DNA from: the human T2T-CHM13v2.0 reference genome, Homo sapiens
Direction: 5' to 3' (one strand)
NCBI RefSeq assembly: GCF_009914755.1
Contig: NC_060937.1
DNA: 64,000 nucleotides
In this document: positions 29,616-43,649 of the stretch, piece after piece
Layout: each line of letters opens with the position of its first letter
Position numbering within the stretch: position 1 is the stretch's first letter
Notes under the pieces: generated by a model
Seen by the model: the letters and a program-made list of their open reading frames with translations, nothing else
The model's database searches: none
What the model was told of the DNA's origin: nothing
Program-made: the position numbers and the translations under genes

Positions 29616-32467
29616 TTATTATTATGATTTACATGGTACTGTAACCAAATGTGTTCATCTTATTAGAGTACATATTGATTGCATATAACATGATAGCCTC
29701 TCTTAGGATATAAAGTAATTTTATATCCTAAAATGCTTGTGAAACCTTTTCTAAATAATCACTAATAATCTAAAATATATACATATGTGATTATATATAA
29801 TCTTCACTTCATTATTTTCGGTAAGAACATAAAAAACTGGCTTTGTTCTAGGAAGTTACTTTGCTTTGTGATATTTCTGCATTTATCCTCTATACACCTC
29901 TTATTAGATAGAATTATGCTGAGTTACTACAAATGAAACCAATTTTGATACATTATTTGTTTTGTCAAGAGGCAACATGCTCAGTCTTTGCAATGCATCT
30001 ATTCTTTTGGAGTTATTTTAAGATACATGCTTCAGTTTAGCACCATACTAATCATTTTATAAAAATATAAGAAATCTAATTGCTGATATTCAATATTAGG
30101 GCATATTTTATGCTCCTATTTTATCACCAAAGTAAAGCCACCTCCTAGTGCAGATTTAATTATTTGGGTAGCCACCATTCACCTCTGCTATCAAATATTT
30201 CCAAATTAATTAGTTATTTCAATGTTTTTGCCCTATTTTGATTTGTCCAACTATTTCATTTCTAATTAAACTCATTTTACTTAAGTTACAAACTAAGCAG
30301 ATGTCTTGATTTGTTGTTTCAGACATTAAGAAAGTTATATTCAGTCTTTAATATATTTAATAGAACAAAACTCAAGTTGTTGTTTTGCTAATTATTCTAT
30401 ACATAGATTAAAACATTGATCCCTGTTAAAATCATGCTATTTAATGCTAAGTTTTGTTGAATGAAGGGAGGATCAAACTGGGGCATGTCATTTTTTGACA
30501 ACAGAGTTAACTGAGTGGCTCCCAATTGCTCATTAGACGTAACTTTCCTTTAACAGCATTACATGTGAGCTTCCAATAGGAGTGCCTTCTCATGGAGGGT
30601 GGTTATTCATCAGGCAAGAGGATATAAGTATGTATAATAACCAGCTAGAACCTTCAGTATGCAACAGGTTTCCTTCTGCCTTCGTGTATAATAGTCACCT
30701 TTAAAGCTGGAGCTTTTGCTGAATGTTGTTGATATATTATAACAATATCCAGAAAATGCACTCTATTTCCTCGCTAATCCAAAGCAGACAATGGCATATT
30801 TCTAAATTAATAAGAAAACTGAAAACCACAAACATCTATTTCCACAATCTTGTTGCTGACATTAGGATACATGTTAACATTTAATCCAAGTTCAATTTAA
30901 ATTCTTCCATCAGTTTTTGTTTAGTTGCTGTGGAGTTTTATAGGAAATTCAGATAGCTATAGGCTTCCCCTATAAGCTCTCTTCAATAATTTGATTCTTG
31001 CCAATAATAAATCTGTCCATCATAGTAAGTGATGCTTTTGTTATTCACATTGCTTTGTTTACTTAACAAAACTCTATTTGTATATCTCCACTGAAATCCT
31101 TGGTAATTTTTGATTGTCTATAAAATTGTGTTTTAAAATTGGCATTGAGTTTCAAATCATAATGCATAAACTGCCAATGGTATGACACTCATTGTTTATT
31201 TTAAAGTCATGATAAGTATAATTCACTTTTCTGCTACATGGACCAGTGCCAAGTAGAATTACAAGGGATAACAAAATGTCTTTGAAACAAACTTTTTACT
31301 AGAGAAAAAAGCAAACAGTCCCTGATATGAATCAAGAAATTTAGATTACCCTCCTGGCCAAGCAACCACCTGCCTGTAATTTTGTAAAACAAACTTGGTT
31401 CATTGGTGTCTCTCTCCTTGTCAGTAAAGTAAGACAGTAATAATTGAATTCATTATTCTCCCTATCAGAAAATAGTTTATTACTCTTAAAACGTAATTTC
31501 CTTAACCTTTGAAACTCTGTGACTTTAGTTTATGATTATTGTCTTTAATTATTGGCAATACTTCGAATAATTTAAAAATGCTAGGCTAGGCAAGTCCATT
31601 GTACTCATTTTATGCCTCAGAAATATTCACAATTGATGGATTAGTCTTATTATTTAGAAAACCATGTAGAACTTTAAATATAAAGACTCAATGTTGATTT
31701 GAGGGATTTTTGTTGTTGTTTCTCATCATAAGTTCACCTGTAAGATTTTACTTTCAATGTAGGTTAGTATCATAGATTTTACTTACATCTGTTATTTTTC
31801 ATTTTTCACTGAGTATACAATATACCTAATTCTTCAGTGTTATTGTTTGTATGTCAGGTAGGAATGCTGATCATTTAGGGTTTTGAATTTTTCAAAACCT
31901 ATAGCATTTTGAAGTCAATGCCATACGCTTTCAGGATAACAAGTGAAACAGCAAAAGGACTCATTTTCCATTTGATATCTTACAAATATAATCATATAAG
32001 GAAAGTCCCTTCACCCACTATAGGATTCTGCCCTCAGAAATGTCTCTGTTTTCAGTGATTTCCAGAGCAAATGGGCTGCAAATGAAAATTTCACTTAATA
32101 CAAACATGCTTCCAAATATTTTTGACATGTTACCAATTTTAGTTCAAATTTAATATTTTAATAATTGTGTTATGAATACTAGTACTAAGGCATCAATTGT
32201 AAATCAGTATTAGGTTCTATGATGGAAACACAGTGCATATACAGGCCAGATATTCTTGAAAAACCACATAATAGTAGAGCTCATGCTTGAATAGTTTAAG
32301 ACCTTCTGAGAAAAGTAAACCTGATAAATTAAAATTTGCATATATTTATGAAAGTCCCTATGGAGATTTTGCCCATTAATGGACTTAAAAAAAGACAGCA
32401 TACCTTTTGTATGAATAATAATCATTGGTATACAGTGAAATTTTTCTTTTAGGGTTTCCTTTTATTA

Positions 32468-32787
32468 ATTTTTTAAAATTTTACTTTAAGTTCTGAGAGA
32501 CATGTGCAGAACGTGGAGGTTTGTTGCATAGGTATACGTGTGCCACGGTGGTTTGCTGCATCTATTAACCCATCCTCTAAGTTTCCTCCCCTCATCCTGG
32601 TGTGTGTTGTTCCCCTCCCTGTGTCCACGTGTTCTTATTGTTGGACTCCCACTTATGAGTGAGAACATGTGGTGTTTGGTTTTCTGTTCCTGTGTTACTG
32701 TGCTGAGGATGATGGCTTCCAGCTTCATCCATGTCCCTGCAAAGGACATGATCTCATTCATTTTTATGGTTGCACAGTATTCCATGG
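32468..32787 (-). mobile_element. 5'-truncated L1PA (about L1PA8-10) 3' end
   Basis: Translates as MEYCATIKMNEIMSFAGTWMKLEAIILS..., the L1 ORF2 end; 3' UTR TTACTTTAAGTTCTG...ACATGTGCAGAACGTG. Confidence 0.92.
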
Positions 32788-32793
32788 GAATAC

Positions 32794-32901
32794 TATGGGA
32801 CCTTGTGATCTTGTGAGCTAATACTTAATAAACTCCCCTTTATATATATATGTATATCTATCCTATTAGTTCTATCCGTCTAAGAGAGACCTGACCAATA
32901 C
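32794..32901 (+). mobile_element. 3' fragment of MLT2A (HERV-L) LTR
   Basis: GGGACCTTGTGATCTTGTGAGCTAATACTTAATAAACTCCCCTTTATATAT...CTATCCTATTAGTTCT...CCTGACCAATACA. Confidence 0.8.
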
Positions 32902-32904
32902 ACC

Positions 32905-33500
32905 ATATGAAAATTGAAAAAAAAAATAGAGTTACTTTGTAGTGGAGAAATTTGACAAACACTACCCCAGCCAAGTGATCAAGGTGAAAATCAACAGTGA
33001 TATGCCTTGTTGATAATATGTCATTGAAATGGTGTGATGAAAATGGTACTTTTCCACTGTAGTCTTCTCCAGAACACATAACCTCAGTCTAATCATGAGA
33101 GAAACATCAATCAAATCCCAATTGAGGGGCATTCTACAAAATACCTGACAAGTACTTCTCAGAACTATCACGGTCATCAATAATGTGAAGATCTGCAGAA
33201 GTGTCACAGCCAAGAGGAGCCTATAGAGACATGACAACCAAATGGAATATATGATTGTGGTTGGGATCCTGGAACAGAAAGAGGATGCTACAGAAAAACT
33301 AAGGAAATCTGAATAAAGTGTGGGCTTCAGTTAATAATATATCAATATTGATTCATTAATTGTAAAGAATGTACCATACTAATGAAAAATGTTAATAATA
33401 GGAGAAATTTGATGTGGGCTGTATAGAAGTCTCTGTACTATCTTAGTAATTTTTTGGTAAATCTAAAACTATTTTAAAATTAAAAGCTTATTAAAAAGAA
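32905..33500 (+). mobile_element. L1MC-type 3' UTR end
   Basis: GTGGAGAAATTTGACAAACACTACC, AGTCTAATCATGAGAGAAACATCA, GGGATCCTGGAACAGAAA, GTAAATCTAAAACTATT. Confidence 0.8.
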
Positions 33501-34229
33501 ATTTAAAATGTGATTGATAATTAAAGTAGTATAATTATGCAGCTGATGCTATAATTAAACTAATAAGAATATAATTAGATTCACATGTACTGATATGGAA
33601 GAACGTCAAGGATACATTATGTAAAAAAAAGCAAATTGCAAAAATATTGCATTTTTGTGACCCACTTTATGCAAAAATGTGAACACATATGCATACACCC
33701 AAATATTTGAAGAGGTACATACTAAAGTGTGGTTACATTAAAGATAGCAATAATATTGAGGGTTATAGGAAATGGGGTAAATGTGGGCATAGGGTTTTTT
33801 TCTATACATTTCTCTTATTTGAATATTTTATAATAAACATATATTTGCAGATACTTACAAGTTATTTATGGTTTAAAATACTTTTCTCAGATATATTTTA
33901 ACTTCTTTTTGCTACCAAGCTTTCCTTAATCCATTATTCCCTTTCATTAATGTGACATCAAGTGTCTTCTCCAATGCTTCTTTTTGCTAGGCATGTAAAG
34001 AAGAATAGGTTTCTCTCAGGTTAAAGAGGAAAATAAGAAAACAAAACAAAAAAGCTACCTTATGCCTTTTAGTTACCCTGTATTTTTTTTCTGCCAAATT
34101 TCCTGATTTCATTATTTCTACTTCCTATGTAGAGAAAACTATGTAGTTTTCTCTGCTGGTTCACTGCAGGCTGTCTTCTGCCTTTACCTCTCTACTCAGT
34201 CTAGAGTGTGGCAACCTTCCTGACCGTGG

Positions 34230-34345
34230 TGGACAGGGTAAAGCTCTGGGCAGATTTGGACTGTGTGTCTGAGATTTTGCATATTTTACTTTACTTTCCT
34301 AATCTCAATGTCGTTACCTCTAAAATGAGGACAGTATCCTTCTTG
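34230..34345 (+). mobile_element. MIR fragment
   Basis: Degenerate core TCTCAATGTCGTTACCTCTAAAATGAGGA. Confidence 0.45.
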
Positions 34346-34704
34346 CTAATTTCTAGTATAGAAACTGATACATAATACATTTTAATAAATATTGATCAGA
34401 TGATCTAAAAAGCAATCTCATCATAGCATCATGGCAAAGATGCAATCCCTTATCATCTTTCCTCTAGATTCTTGCAATGGTCTACTAGTGTTATAGATGA
34501 ACTAACTTCCCTAAAAGAGTCTCAGTGTGTCTGCCCTCACAACCCTTCAAATCTCTGAGTCAACACAATATCCAGCGTGGGCCCATTGTAGCCTAAAAAG
34601 TGTGCATCTCTCCTCTCCTCAGAACCTTCCAGAGCTTACTATTGCACAAGAATGTGAGTTTGTGTAGTGTTTGTATGGGTGTGTGTATATGTGTGTGAGA
34701 GACT

Positions 34705-35130
34705 ACAATGTGTATTTGCTGAGGTAATCCTAGGACTCGCCAACACTGGAGTGGAAAAATATGGGAGGGAAGAAAGTAAGCCAATAAAAGTTTTGTTATC
34801 AAGCAGCGTACTGCTGTGGGCACCAGGTGCCTAGGCTCAGCAGGAAACTCAGAAGGATAGGGTGAATATGACCCAGAGCAGTTCCAACCAAGGTTCCAAG
34901 AAGCTGACAATTTGGTCCATACCATCTGACAATTATTGGTTGATGGCTGCTTTGGGGAAGGAAGTGGAAGGGATGCATTCGTTTCTAGCATGCCCAATCT
35001 ACTTTATCTTTAAGCCTGGCAAACTGTCGCAGCCAAAGAGAGTGCTCAGTTGAAGAGTTGTTGATAGGGAGCATACCCAAGAATGGTGAAAGCCAGGAAG
35101 ATACGGATGGGCTGCAGACAGCATCTGCTA
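34705..35130 (-). mobile_element. LTR16-family ERVL solo LTR
   Basis: Reverse strand begins TAGCAGATGCTGTC and contains GCAGCCATCAACCAAT and TTTATTGGCTTACTTTC, like recalled LTR16A/E. Confidence 0.6.
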
Positions 35131-35189
35131 AAATGTCTTTTTTTCAAATATCTCATGTATTTGTATTTCCTTTCTAACCCCATGCATCA

Positions 35190-35630
35190 CTTAAGATTCT
35201 TTAGGAAATAGAAAGCATATTCAAAGGGGATAATTAAAGAGAATGTAACAAAATGGCTATTTATAAATATGTAAGCAGTTTTCAAGAATTTCACAAGTTA
35301 CAAGAAAGCTAGATGGACTAAAGCTATTTCCATGGTCTAAAGGAGCAAGGGTAAGGAACAGACACTTGAACCAATTAGATGTGTAATTTCTGTGGCCTTA
35401 CACATAAGTAAGTAGCAGAAATCAGGCACTGCCAAGCTATGCCTCAGCAGGGAAGGATCCTGAGAAATCACACTCAGATTGATCTCTCCTCCAACTTCTG
35501 ATCTGCTGTCTTTGCCTTTTGTTGGTCAAAGCAACCAGAGTGAAGTAGTACTTAGTCAGTGCCCAGAGCTCAAAACTCAGTGAAGTATGAGAACTGAAGC
35601 CAGAAGAGCAGGTGGAGAATATTCAGCATG
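35190..35630 (-). mobile_element. Old ERVL-class LTR (LTR41/LTR33-like)
   Basis: CTCTCCTCCAACTTCTGATCTGCTG...GTTGGTCAAAGCAACCAGAG resembles the recalled consensus. Confidence 0.45.
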
Positions 35631-36449
35631 ACTAGGGCAATGCAAGTTGCAAGAGAGCCTGACTTTTATCCTTCTGTGTCCCACACTATCCCCCACAAAT
35701 AGAACAGTGCCTTGCACAGAGTCAGTACTAAATAGATATTTGTTGAATGTTTCGGTCCATTCACAATACTTTTGCTATTCTTTGTAAATTATTCCAGGAT
35801 TGCACTTTGTTTAATTTTTGCCTTCCAAAAAGTGCAAACTGATATCTCAATATTGTGAATGAATACCCTTAAAATGTTTAAGTGCCTCATTATAGGGGAG
35901 AGTCACAGCTTCTAATAATCATGATGTAAAGATTGGTTTTTTAAAAAAACTGTTATCTTCCCTTATAACTCAATATTTCCATTTCCTTTTCTAAATGAAG
36001 CAATAAAAATGGTTTTCCAGAGTTGTCAGATAGAGTCCTTATTCACAAATTGTTTGACTTCCATGAACACAAAATAATTCCATTTGATAAGGCATATTTT
36101 ATTAGTATTTACCATTACTGTTAAGGAAAGGCTTAACTAGGAGACTGCCTAGTGCTGATATAGGATGACCATATATCAGAAAAAATATATTAAATTACAC
36201 TTGACCATTTCTATATTTCTAATTTGAGAGAATAATTCTGTCAGTCAGTGATTCAGGATCCTGCATTTAATTAGCTGTTAAACCTTTATTACGATTTTGG
36301 ATTTTGTCACTTTTTTGTTGAAATCGTTTGACAAACATGATTCATTGAAAATAATATTCTCATGTCATGTTAAAAATAGTTTTGTAATTTTATTTTTATA
36401 CTCAACTCTTTTTACCTTGTATTCATCAAAAAAAAAAAAGTAGAAGTAA

Positions 36450-36890
36450 ATGTATCCCCCCAAATTTCATTTCTACCTGGGCCCTGTGAATGTGACTTTA
36501 TTTGAAAACAGAGCATTTTCAAATGTAATAAAGTTAAGACGAATTTACACTGGATTGCTAAAGATCTGAAATCCAATATGACTGATGTTCTTATAAGAAG
36601 AGGGAAATTTGGAGACAGACACAGGCACATGGAGGAGATGCGTTTATAGATGGAGACAGAGGCTGGCATTAGGTTGCCACTGGCAAGAGTACCAAAGATT
36701 GCTGGCAACCACCAAAAACTAGGGAAGAAGCCTGAGTTAGATTTTCCCTCAGAGCCTTCAGAAGGAGCCAATCCTATCCACACCTTCATTTCAAATGTTC
36801 AGACTCCAGAACACAAGAGAATAAATATCTGTTGTTTGAAGTCACCAAGTTTGTGGTAATTTGTTGCAGCAGTCCAAGGAAATATATACA
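36450..36890 (+). mobile_element. MLT1C-like MaLR solo LTR
   Basis: GAATGTGACTTTATTTGAAAA...CCCTCAGAGCCTTCAGAAGGAGCC...AATAAATATCTGTTGTTTGAAGTCACCAAGTTTGTGGTAATTTGTT. Confidence 0.88.
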
Positions 36891-36970
36891 GAATAAAATA
36901 CAGTACCAAATCTGTTCTCATCCACCGGCAAACATTTTTTGTAATATTCTGGAAATGAAGAGTTGATTGC

Positions 36971-36972
36971 TT

Positions 36973-37007
<35 letters not shown>

Positions 37008-37314
37008 TTTTATTTTTATTTTATTTTTTGAGACAGAGTCTTACTCTTGTCACCCAGGCTGGCATGCAATGGCACAATCTCGACTCACTGCAAACTCCGC
37101 TTCCTCGGTTCAAGCGATTCTCTTGCCTTAGCCTCCTGAGTAGCTGGGATTACAGGCATGTGCCACCATGCCCAGCTAATTTTTGTATTTTTAGTAGAGA
37201 TGGGGTTTCACCATGTTGGCCAGGATGGTTTCGAACTCCTGACCTCTGGTGATCCACCCTCCCCGCCCTTGGCCTCCCAAAGTGCTGGGGTTATAGGCGT
37301 GAGCCACCGCACCT
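36971..37314 (-). mobile_element. Full-length AluS with (TTTA)n tail
   Basis: Dimeric Alu body with tetranucleotide tail. Confidence 0.95.
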
Positions 37315-37599
37315 GTTCGGTTGCCACTTTTGGAGTATCAAGAGTCAGCCTTTGTTAGTAAGCATTTCTATCTGCCTGTTTGGGTTGAGCAAAATTAGAA
37401 CTGACAACGGACCAGATGCTTCTATTACCAGAATTTCAACCTCCAGAGGATCTGGATAACAGTTTTCAAGTAACTCTCATAGTAGCCTAAGCTTACTTAA
37501 ACTCTAAAATGAAAGAATAGAAATAGACTCAGGATGCCAAAAAGTCATATATTTATCTGATTTAAACTCATCAAACTGAAATTTAAAATAAAAATTATC

Positions 37600-38150
37600 T
37601 TGAAAACCTGCTACATAGCAAACACTGTATTAGGTTCTGGGAATACAACCTTGAATAAGACAATTTCCCTGACTTCAAGGAATTCGAAGTATAACTGTAA
37701 TATACAATGAAATATACAATGAAAAGGGAAACATGAGGCTACAGAAAAAAAAAGAGTTATATCATGTTCAGCTATACACTGAAGGCATTTTCAAGTCATT
37801 GAGGAGTTTGAAATTGGGAAGCAACAGGATAAAATTTGTTGTTTAGAAAACAGCACAGGGCAGAGTGGAAGGTAGTTTAGGCAGATACAAGCCTGGAATG
37901 ACTGGGAGATCAGCTAGGCCATTATAGTTGACATTGTGAGAAAAAGGTGAGGTGGCTTCAAATAGAGAATTAGCAATGAAAAGACACAGTGAAAAAAATG
38001 GATGAATTAAAAGGATGTTTAAGTGGTTAATCAGCAAAGTTTAGGGATTTAATTGGGGTAGAGATGTGAAGGAGAGAAAGGGAGGAGGGAAAGGCGGATT
38101 CCAGTTAGTGGAAGTTAGTGGCATCATGGTGCAGTTTTCTCCAGGCAGGA
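37600..38150 (-). mobile_element. L2 fragments
   Basis: CACTGTATTAGGTTCTGGGAATACAA...AATAAGACA; GGGAGATCAGCTAGGCCATTATAG. Confidence 0.6.
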
Positions 38151-38393
38151 CACCCAAGATGAAGGGCAGGGCCCAGGTACACAATAGAGAGGCAGGAACC
38201 AATGGGCTACATTCAAGGAAACAGATTTTCTGTTATTTACATTCAAGTTATTTATATACCCACCCACTCACAAACATGCTTTTCTATTCTTTCAAATGAA
38301 TTAGCCTACTTCTATTTATGAACTGCATTTGGTTGTTTTGGCTCATTATTTACCTAAACTAAGTTCAGTCAACTTTCAATAATAGCAAAAACA

Positions 38394-38656
38394 GGCCAAA
38401 GTGGGAGGATCACTTGAGGCCAGGAGTTCGAGACCAACCTGGGCAATATAGTGAACCCCATTTCTACAAAAGCAAACAAAACGTATCCATGCATGGTGGC
38501 ATGCATCCATAATCCCAGCTACTCTTACGAGTCTGAGGACAGAGGATGGCTTGAGCCCAAGTGTTCAACGCTGCAGTGAGCAACGCTGCGATGAGCTATG
38601 CTCTCACACCGCACTCCAGCCTGGGTGACAGAGACCCTGTCTTAAAAAGAAAAAAG
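38394..38656 (+). mobile_element. 5'-truncated AluJ
   Basis: GGGAGGATCACTTGAGGCCAGGAGTTCGAGACC, GGATGGCTTGAGCCCA; internal 15-bp tandem duplication at 38566-38595. Confidence 0.9.
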
Positions 38657-40544
38657 GCAAAAGTTTTTTTGATATTACACAGCTAGATATTTTCAAAACA
38701 CAATTAAAAAAGAAATGAAATAATTTTAGGTAATTGTAAAAGACACAATTTTAAGTAAATTTTAAAAATTAACATGAATAGTCTTTGCTCTCATTAGATG
38801 GTGAATATTTAACTGAGCTTTGCAGGTGATGGTGGAGACACAGGTTAATAATAAACATGATAACCTGAAGCAGTAACTCAATTTATTATTTTAAGATATA
38901 TTAAAGTTAAGTATGATAAATATATTTAAATAAAAAGAAAAAGTCATATTTATTTCATGGAAATACTAAGTAAATAAATAGTACATACATTGTTCCAGAA
39001 ATAAAACTGCAACCCTTTAATGATCTGACCAAAGGCCTCAGCCTGGCTCTCAGTTCTAAAGTCTTTTCATGCTAAGTGTTTGCTCTAACACTGGATCCCT
39101 GTGTGTTTTACTCCAAGTCTAGATCCCAGGGTGCAAGAATAAGACAAATTGGCATGTAATCAAGAGGGAAAATACCAACAACTATGATTAAATTAGAGAC
39201 ACAACTGGCACGGAAGAGTGTTAGTCAGAACTACTAGTTTTCTAGAAGGTTTTTTGGTTTTTTTTTTTTTTTTTTTTTTTTTTGAAATTCCAAAGTTGAA
39301 GTATGGACAGGTGTATCCTGTGAAGGTGTGAGGCAATTTTAAAGGCCACCCTTTCAGTAGCATCAACATTAGTAACCTCAATGTAACCACATTCTTTGCA
39401 CAATGAATACTTCAAATTTTCCAAGATAAGTCTGCAGAAAACAGGAAATGGATTCTTCACTCTGCAATTTTTTACTTCTAAGGTTACATTCTTTTAACTC
39501 TTCAGACTGTTACTACAGTCTATATCACATACTGAGTGTTTCCTAGAAAACTAATAAAGTTGAGATCATCTGAATTGCTTTTCTATTTTTCTATTTTTTT
39601 GCAACTGGTATGAATCATACTTCTCTAAGCAAATATGTTCCTTAATGTATTACTTTTCTTGTTTTGAAAACTCTAAAACTACCTATTATCATTTATAATA
39701 TCACAGAACTTTACTCTGTGTTTATTATACACTTACCCCAATTCTGTCATTTTTATTCTACATACATCCTTCATCAGATTGTCACTGTCTTTCTTCTCTG
39801 TGTAGGCATTAGTCACTAGACTGGAGAATTCTTGGGGTGAAAAATATCCCAATATTCATAATTATATGGGCTAGCTTCCACCATCATACATGAGATATGT
39901 ATTTTATCTGTTGTTGAAATTGACAGAGCCTCATAAAACCACATAATTACTCATTGGTTTGGCATTCTATATGGCAATATTTATCAATCATTATGAAGCG
40001 CAAGACACAATACAAGGTGTATACTCAATCTTATACAGAGCATTTGGGGACATCTATGTTGCAAAATTTAGAGTTCTATGTATTCATTTGGATTTGAGAA
40101 TGATAATGTGACATGTATACCCTTTTAAAGCCACACCTGTTCCAGCACTGGACAGCACCACGTTTTGCCTCCCGTGTTTCCTCATCAGATTTTGCCACCG
40201 AATGAGTTCAGGTTGTGTCAAGTTTTGTTGTGTAATACAATATTTAAAAATCTTCTAGCGTTAAGAGCTGCTATTTTGGTTTTGTTGTTGTTTTTTCTGT
40301 TGTTTCAGAATTTTAAACTGTGGAACACATTGTCAGACAGACAGTGATGCAAAGAAGGAAGAGATAGGCATTTCAGGAAAATGACATAAAGCATAAGGAA
40401 ATAGAGATGAGGAAAAAAAGAAGAAATATTTCAGAAAAGTCATGTAATCCAGAGGGCTGGGAGTGTAGATCTTGGGAAGGGGTCAAGTGCAATACAGCTG
40501 GAGCAAGGCATCAAGGTTGAATTATAGGAGATGTATGTTTTGCT

Positions 40545-41090
<546 letters not shown>

Positions 41091-42087
41091 TTTTGCCTCT
41101 TCCAGAGCAATTAAATACACTATTAGCTATGCTAGCCCTTATTTATTCGTGACTCCCTATCTCTAGAAAGAAAACTCTGAGGAACAACTGGTCCATATAT
41201 CCTGCTGCTTACTAGATGTGTGTGTTATATAGACACTTTAAATTCAATTTGTGTAACCATATTCATCCATTAATTTAACAAGCCATTATAGTCAATGTAT
41301 AAGACATTGGAGGGTCAATGGTGAAAGTTGTACCAATTTCATTTTTGGTGCAATTACTTCAATAATGTCAGACATTACAATGTTACAAACTGAAGCATAC
41401 TCTGATGGAAGGAATGAATGTCCTTCTCAGAGGGTATGTAAGAAGGTAGCTTTTCCACATCTGGTAGGGCTGATGTTCCCTGAGGAAGTGATAGCTGATC
41501 TGGGATATGAGAGTGAAAAGAAAAGGAAGGAAGTCTATCAGAATGGGAACGAGCATGTGCAAAACCCCTGTGGCAAGGCAGAGTGGGAGGCATCAGAGAA
41601 AGAGAAAGAAACCCGTGTGGAAAGAAAGCCAAGGAGCCACTGCTTGTATATGAAACCATCACTGTTAGCCCTCTAGAATCCTTCTGTCTGCTCTTCCAGT
41701 CACAGCCCCCTTTGTTCCATTGAAGGAATACTAACTACACTTTTCAAATATTTATGGCAGTAATTCCTTATTACATTTAGTTACCACTCTTAAGAATTTC
41801 CTTTGAAGTTTATATGAATGGAACCATAAAGCATATAGTCTTGGTGTATGATTTTACCTATAGTACATTTTGTTTTTTCAATTTGTTTATGTTCTTGAGT
41901 CACGTATTTCATTCATTTTGGATGCTTGATAGGATTCTTTGTATGAATATACAATTCATGTACCTAATGCTTTGATGATGAACATTATATTTCTGTGTTT
42001 CTAGTGATCACAAATTATATATGATTAATATGATTAAACAGCCAGACACACATATGCACATCATTTCTCTAGAATAAACAGCAAGAG

Positions 42088-42190
42088 GTGTATGTATATA
42101 TGTGTATATATAAACATATACACACATACATGTATATATATAAATATATACACACATACATGTATATATACATATATATGCACATATGTG
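42088..42190. repeat. TA/CA-rich compound microsatellite
   Basis: Directly visible. Confidence 0.85.
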
Positions 42191-42439
42191 AACACAAATT
42201 CATGCATAATACTAATATAAAATTATGTACTATTCTCTTTTCACATATTTTTTTTTGTCTCTCTTTTCATCATTATTGATGGTTTCTTCTTCCCTCTCTT
42301 CCACGTAATGATCTCTCTGCATCTTATCCATTGAATTATTAATTTAGGCTATTTTGCATATTGCATTTAGTTCTAGAATTTCTATTACTTTCTTTTCTGA
42401 AAAATCTGCCTAACAGATCTCTTAGTCTACATAAACATA

Positions 42440-42600
42440 ATCTAACACAATTTTCTATTATGATGGAAATATTCCCTAAATCAGTATTTCCCAATACAGT
42501 ATTAACCAGCCACATATAGCTATTCAGCTCTGGAAACATGGCTAATGGAACTAAAGAATTGAATTTTTATTTTTTTAATTTATTTATAATTATTTTAAAG
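42440..42600. mobile_element. MER3-like hAT-Charlie relic
   Basis: TGATGGAAATATTC...CCAATACAGTA...AGCCACATATAGCTATT...GAATTGAATTTTTATTT. Confidence 0.7.
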
Positions 42601-42695
42601 TTAACATTTCTAACAACTTTTGTATTAGATAGAAGTTCTCCTATGATTTTATTTTCACCATCCACTTAAAAGAAACAAAAAACCTAACTCACACA

Positions 42696-42980
42696 GGGCA
42701 GGGATGGTGGCTCATGCCTGTAATCACAGCACTTTGGGAGGCCAAGGCAGGAGGGTTGCTTGACTCAGGAGTTTGAGACCATCCTGGGCAACAAAGTGAA
42801 ACCCCATCTTTAATAATAATAATTAGCTGGGTGTGGTGGTGTGCGCATACACTCCCAGCTACTAGGGAGGCTGAGGTTGGAGGATCACTTGAGTCCAAGA
42901 GGTAATGTCTGCAGTTAGCCATATCATGCCAATGCACTCTAACCTGGGCAACAGAATGAGACCCTCTCTCAAAAAAAAAC
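42696..42980 (+). mobile_element. Full-length AluJ
   Basis: Diverged dimeric Alu with GGAGGATCACTTGAG right arm and A tail. Confidence 0.92.
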
Positions 42981-43649
42981 ATAAAAACTGACATGCTCAG
43001 TTGGAGAAATTTGAAAAAAAAAAATAGACAATTATAATCAATTAAGACTCAATTGTCAACACTCAGTGTATAAATTATACACACTAAATGAGATTGTGTA
43101 CATACCTATCCATATCTACACACATATACATTATATAAACAAAATACATTTTAGTAATGTTGGCTTATATATTTTATGGCCTATTTTTTCAAACAATATT
43201 TTATAAAAGAATTTTATGGCATTAAATAGTGTCTAAAATCATAGACTATAATGATTATGTAAGATTTGCCCTTTGGTTCTGTAATAATTTAAATATTCTC
43301 CTATTGCTCAACATTTAGAATACTATTTTGATACTGTTGCTAACATGATTATCTCTGGCTGATTTCTTAGGATTGTTGAGATTAAAGTAGGATTGCTGGA
43401 ATATAATATCCAAATATTAAAACATTTTTGGTATTTATTGTCAAGTTGTTTTTCATGGAAGTTATGCCAGCTTAAATCGTCATTAGAGTAAGATAAGAAT
43501 ACAGTGTGAATTTAAGTCCTGTTTCTCCTCTACCTCTTCCTATCTCTTCTTTCTCTGTATCACCAAATGACATTTGTCATAGTCCTGTTCTTCTTCAATA
43601 TCTTTGTTCAATAACCTCTGTTTTAAAGGTTCCCTCTCCCCATTCCATA

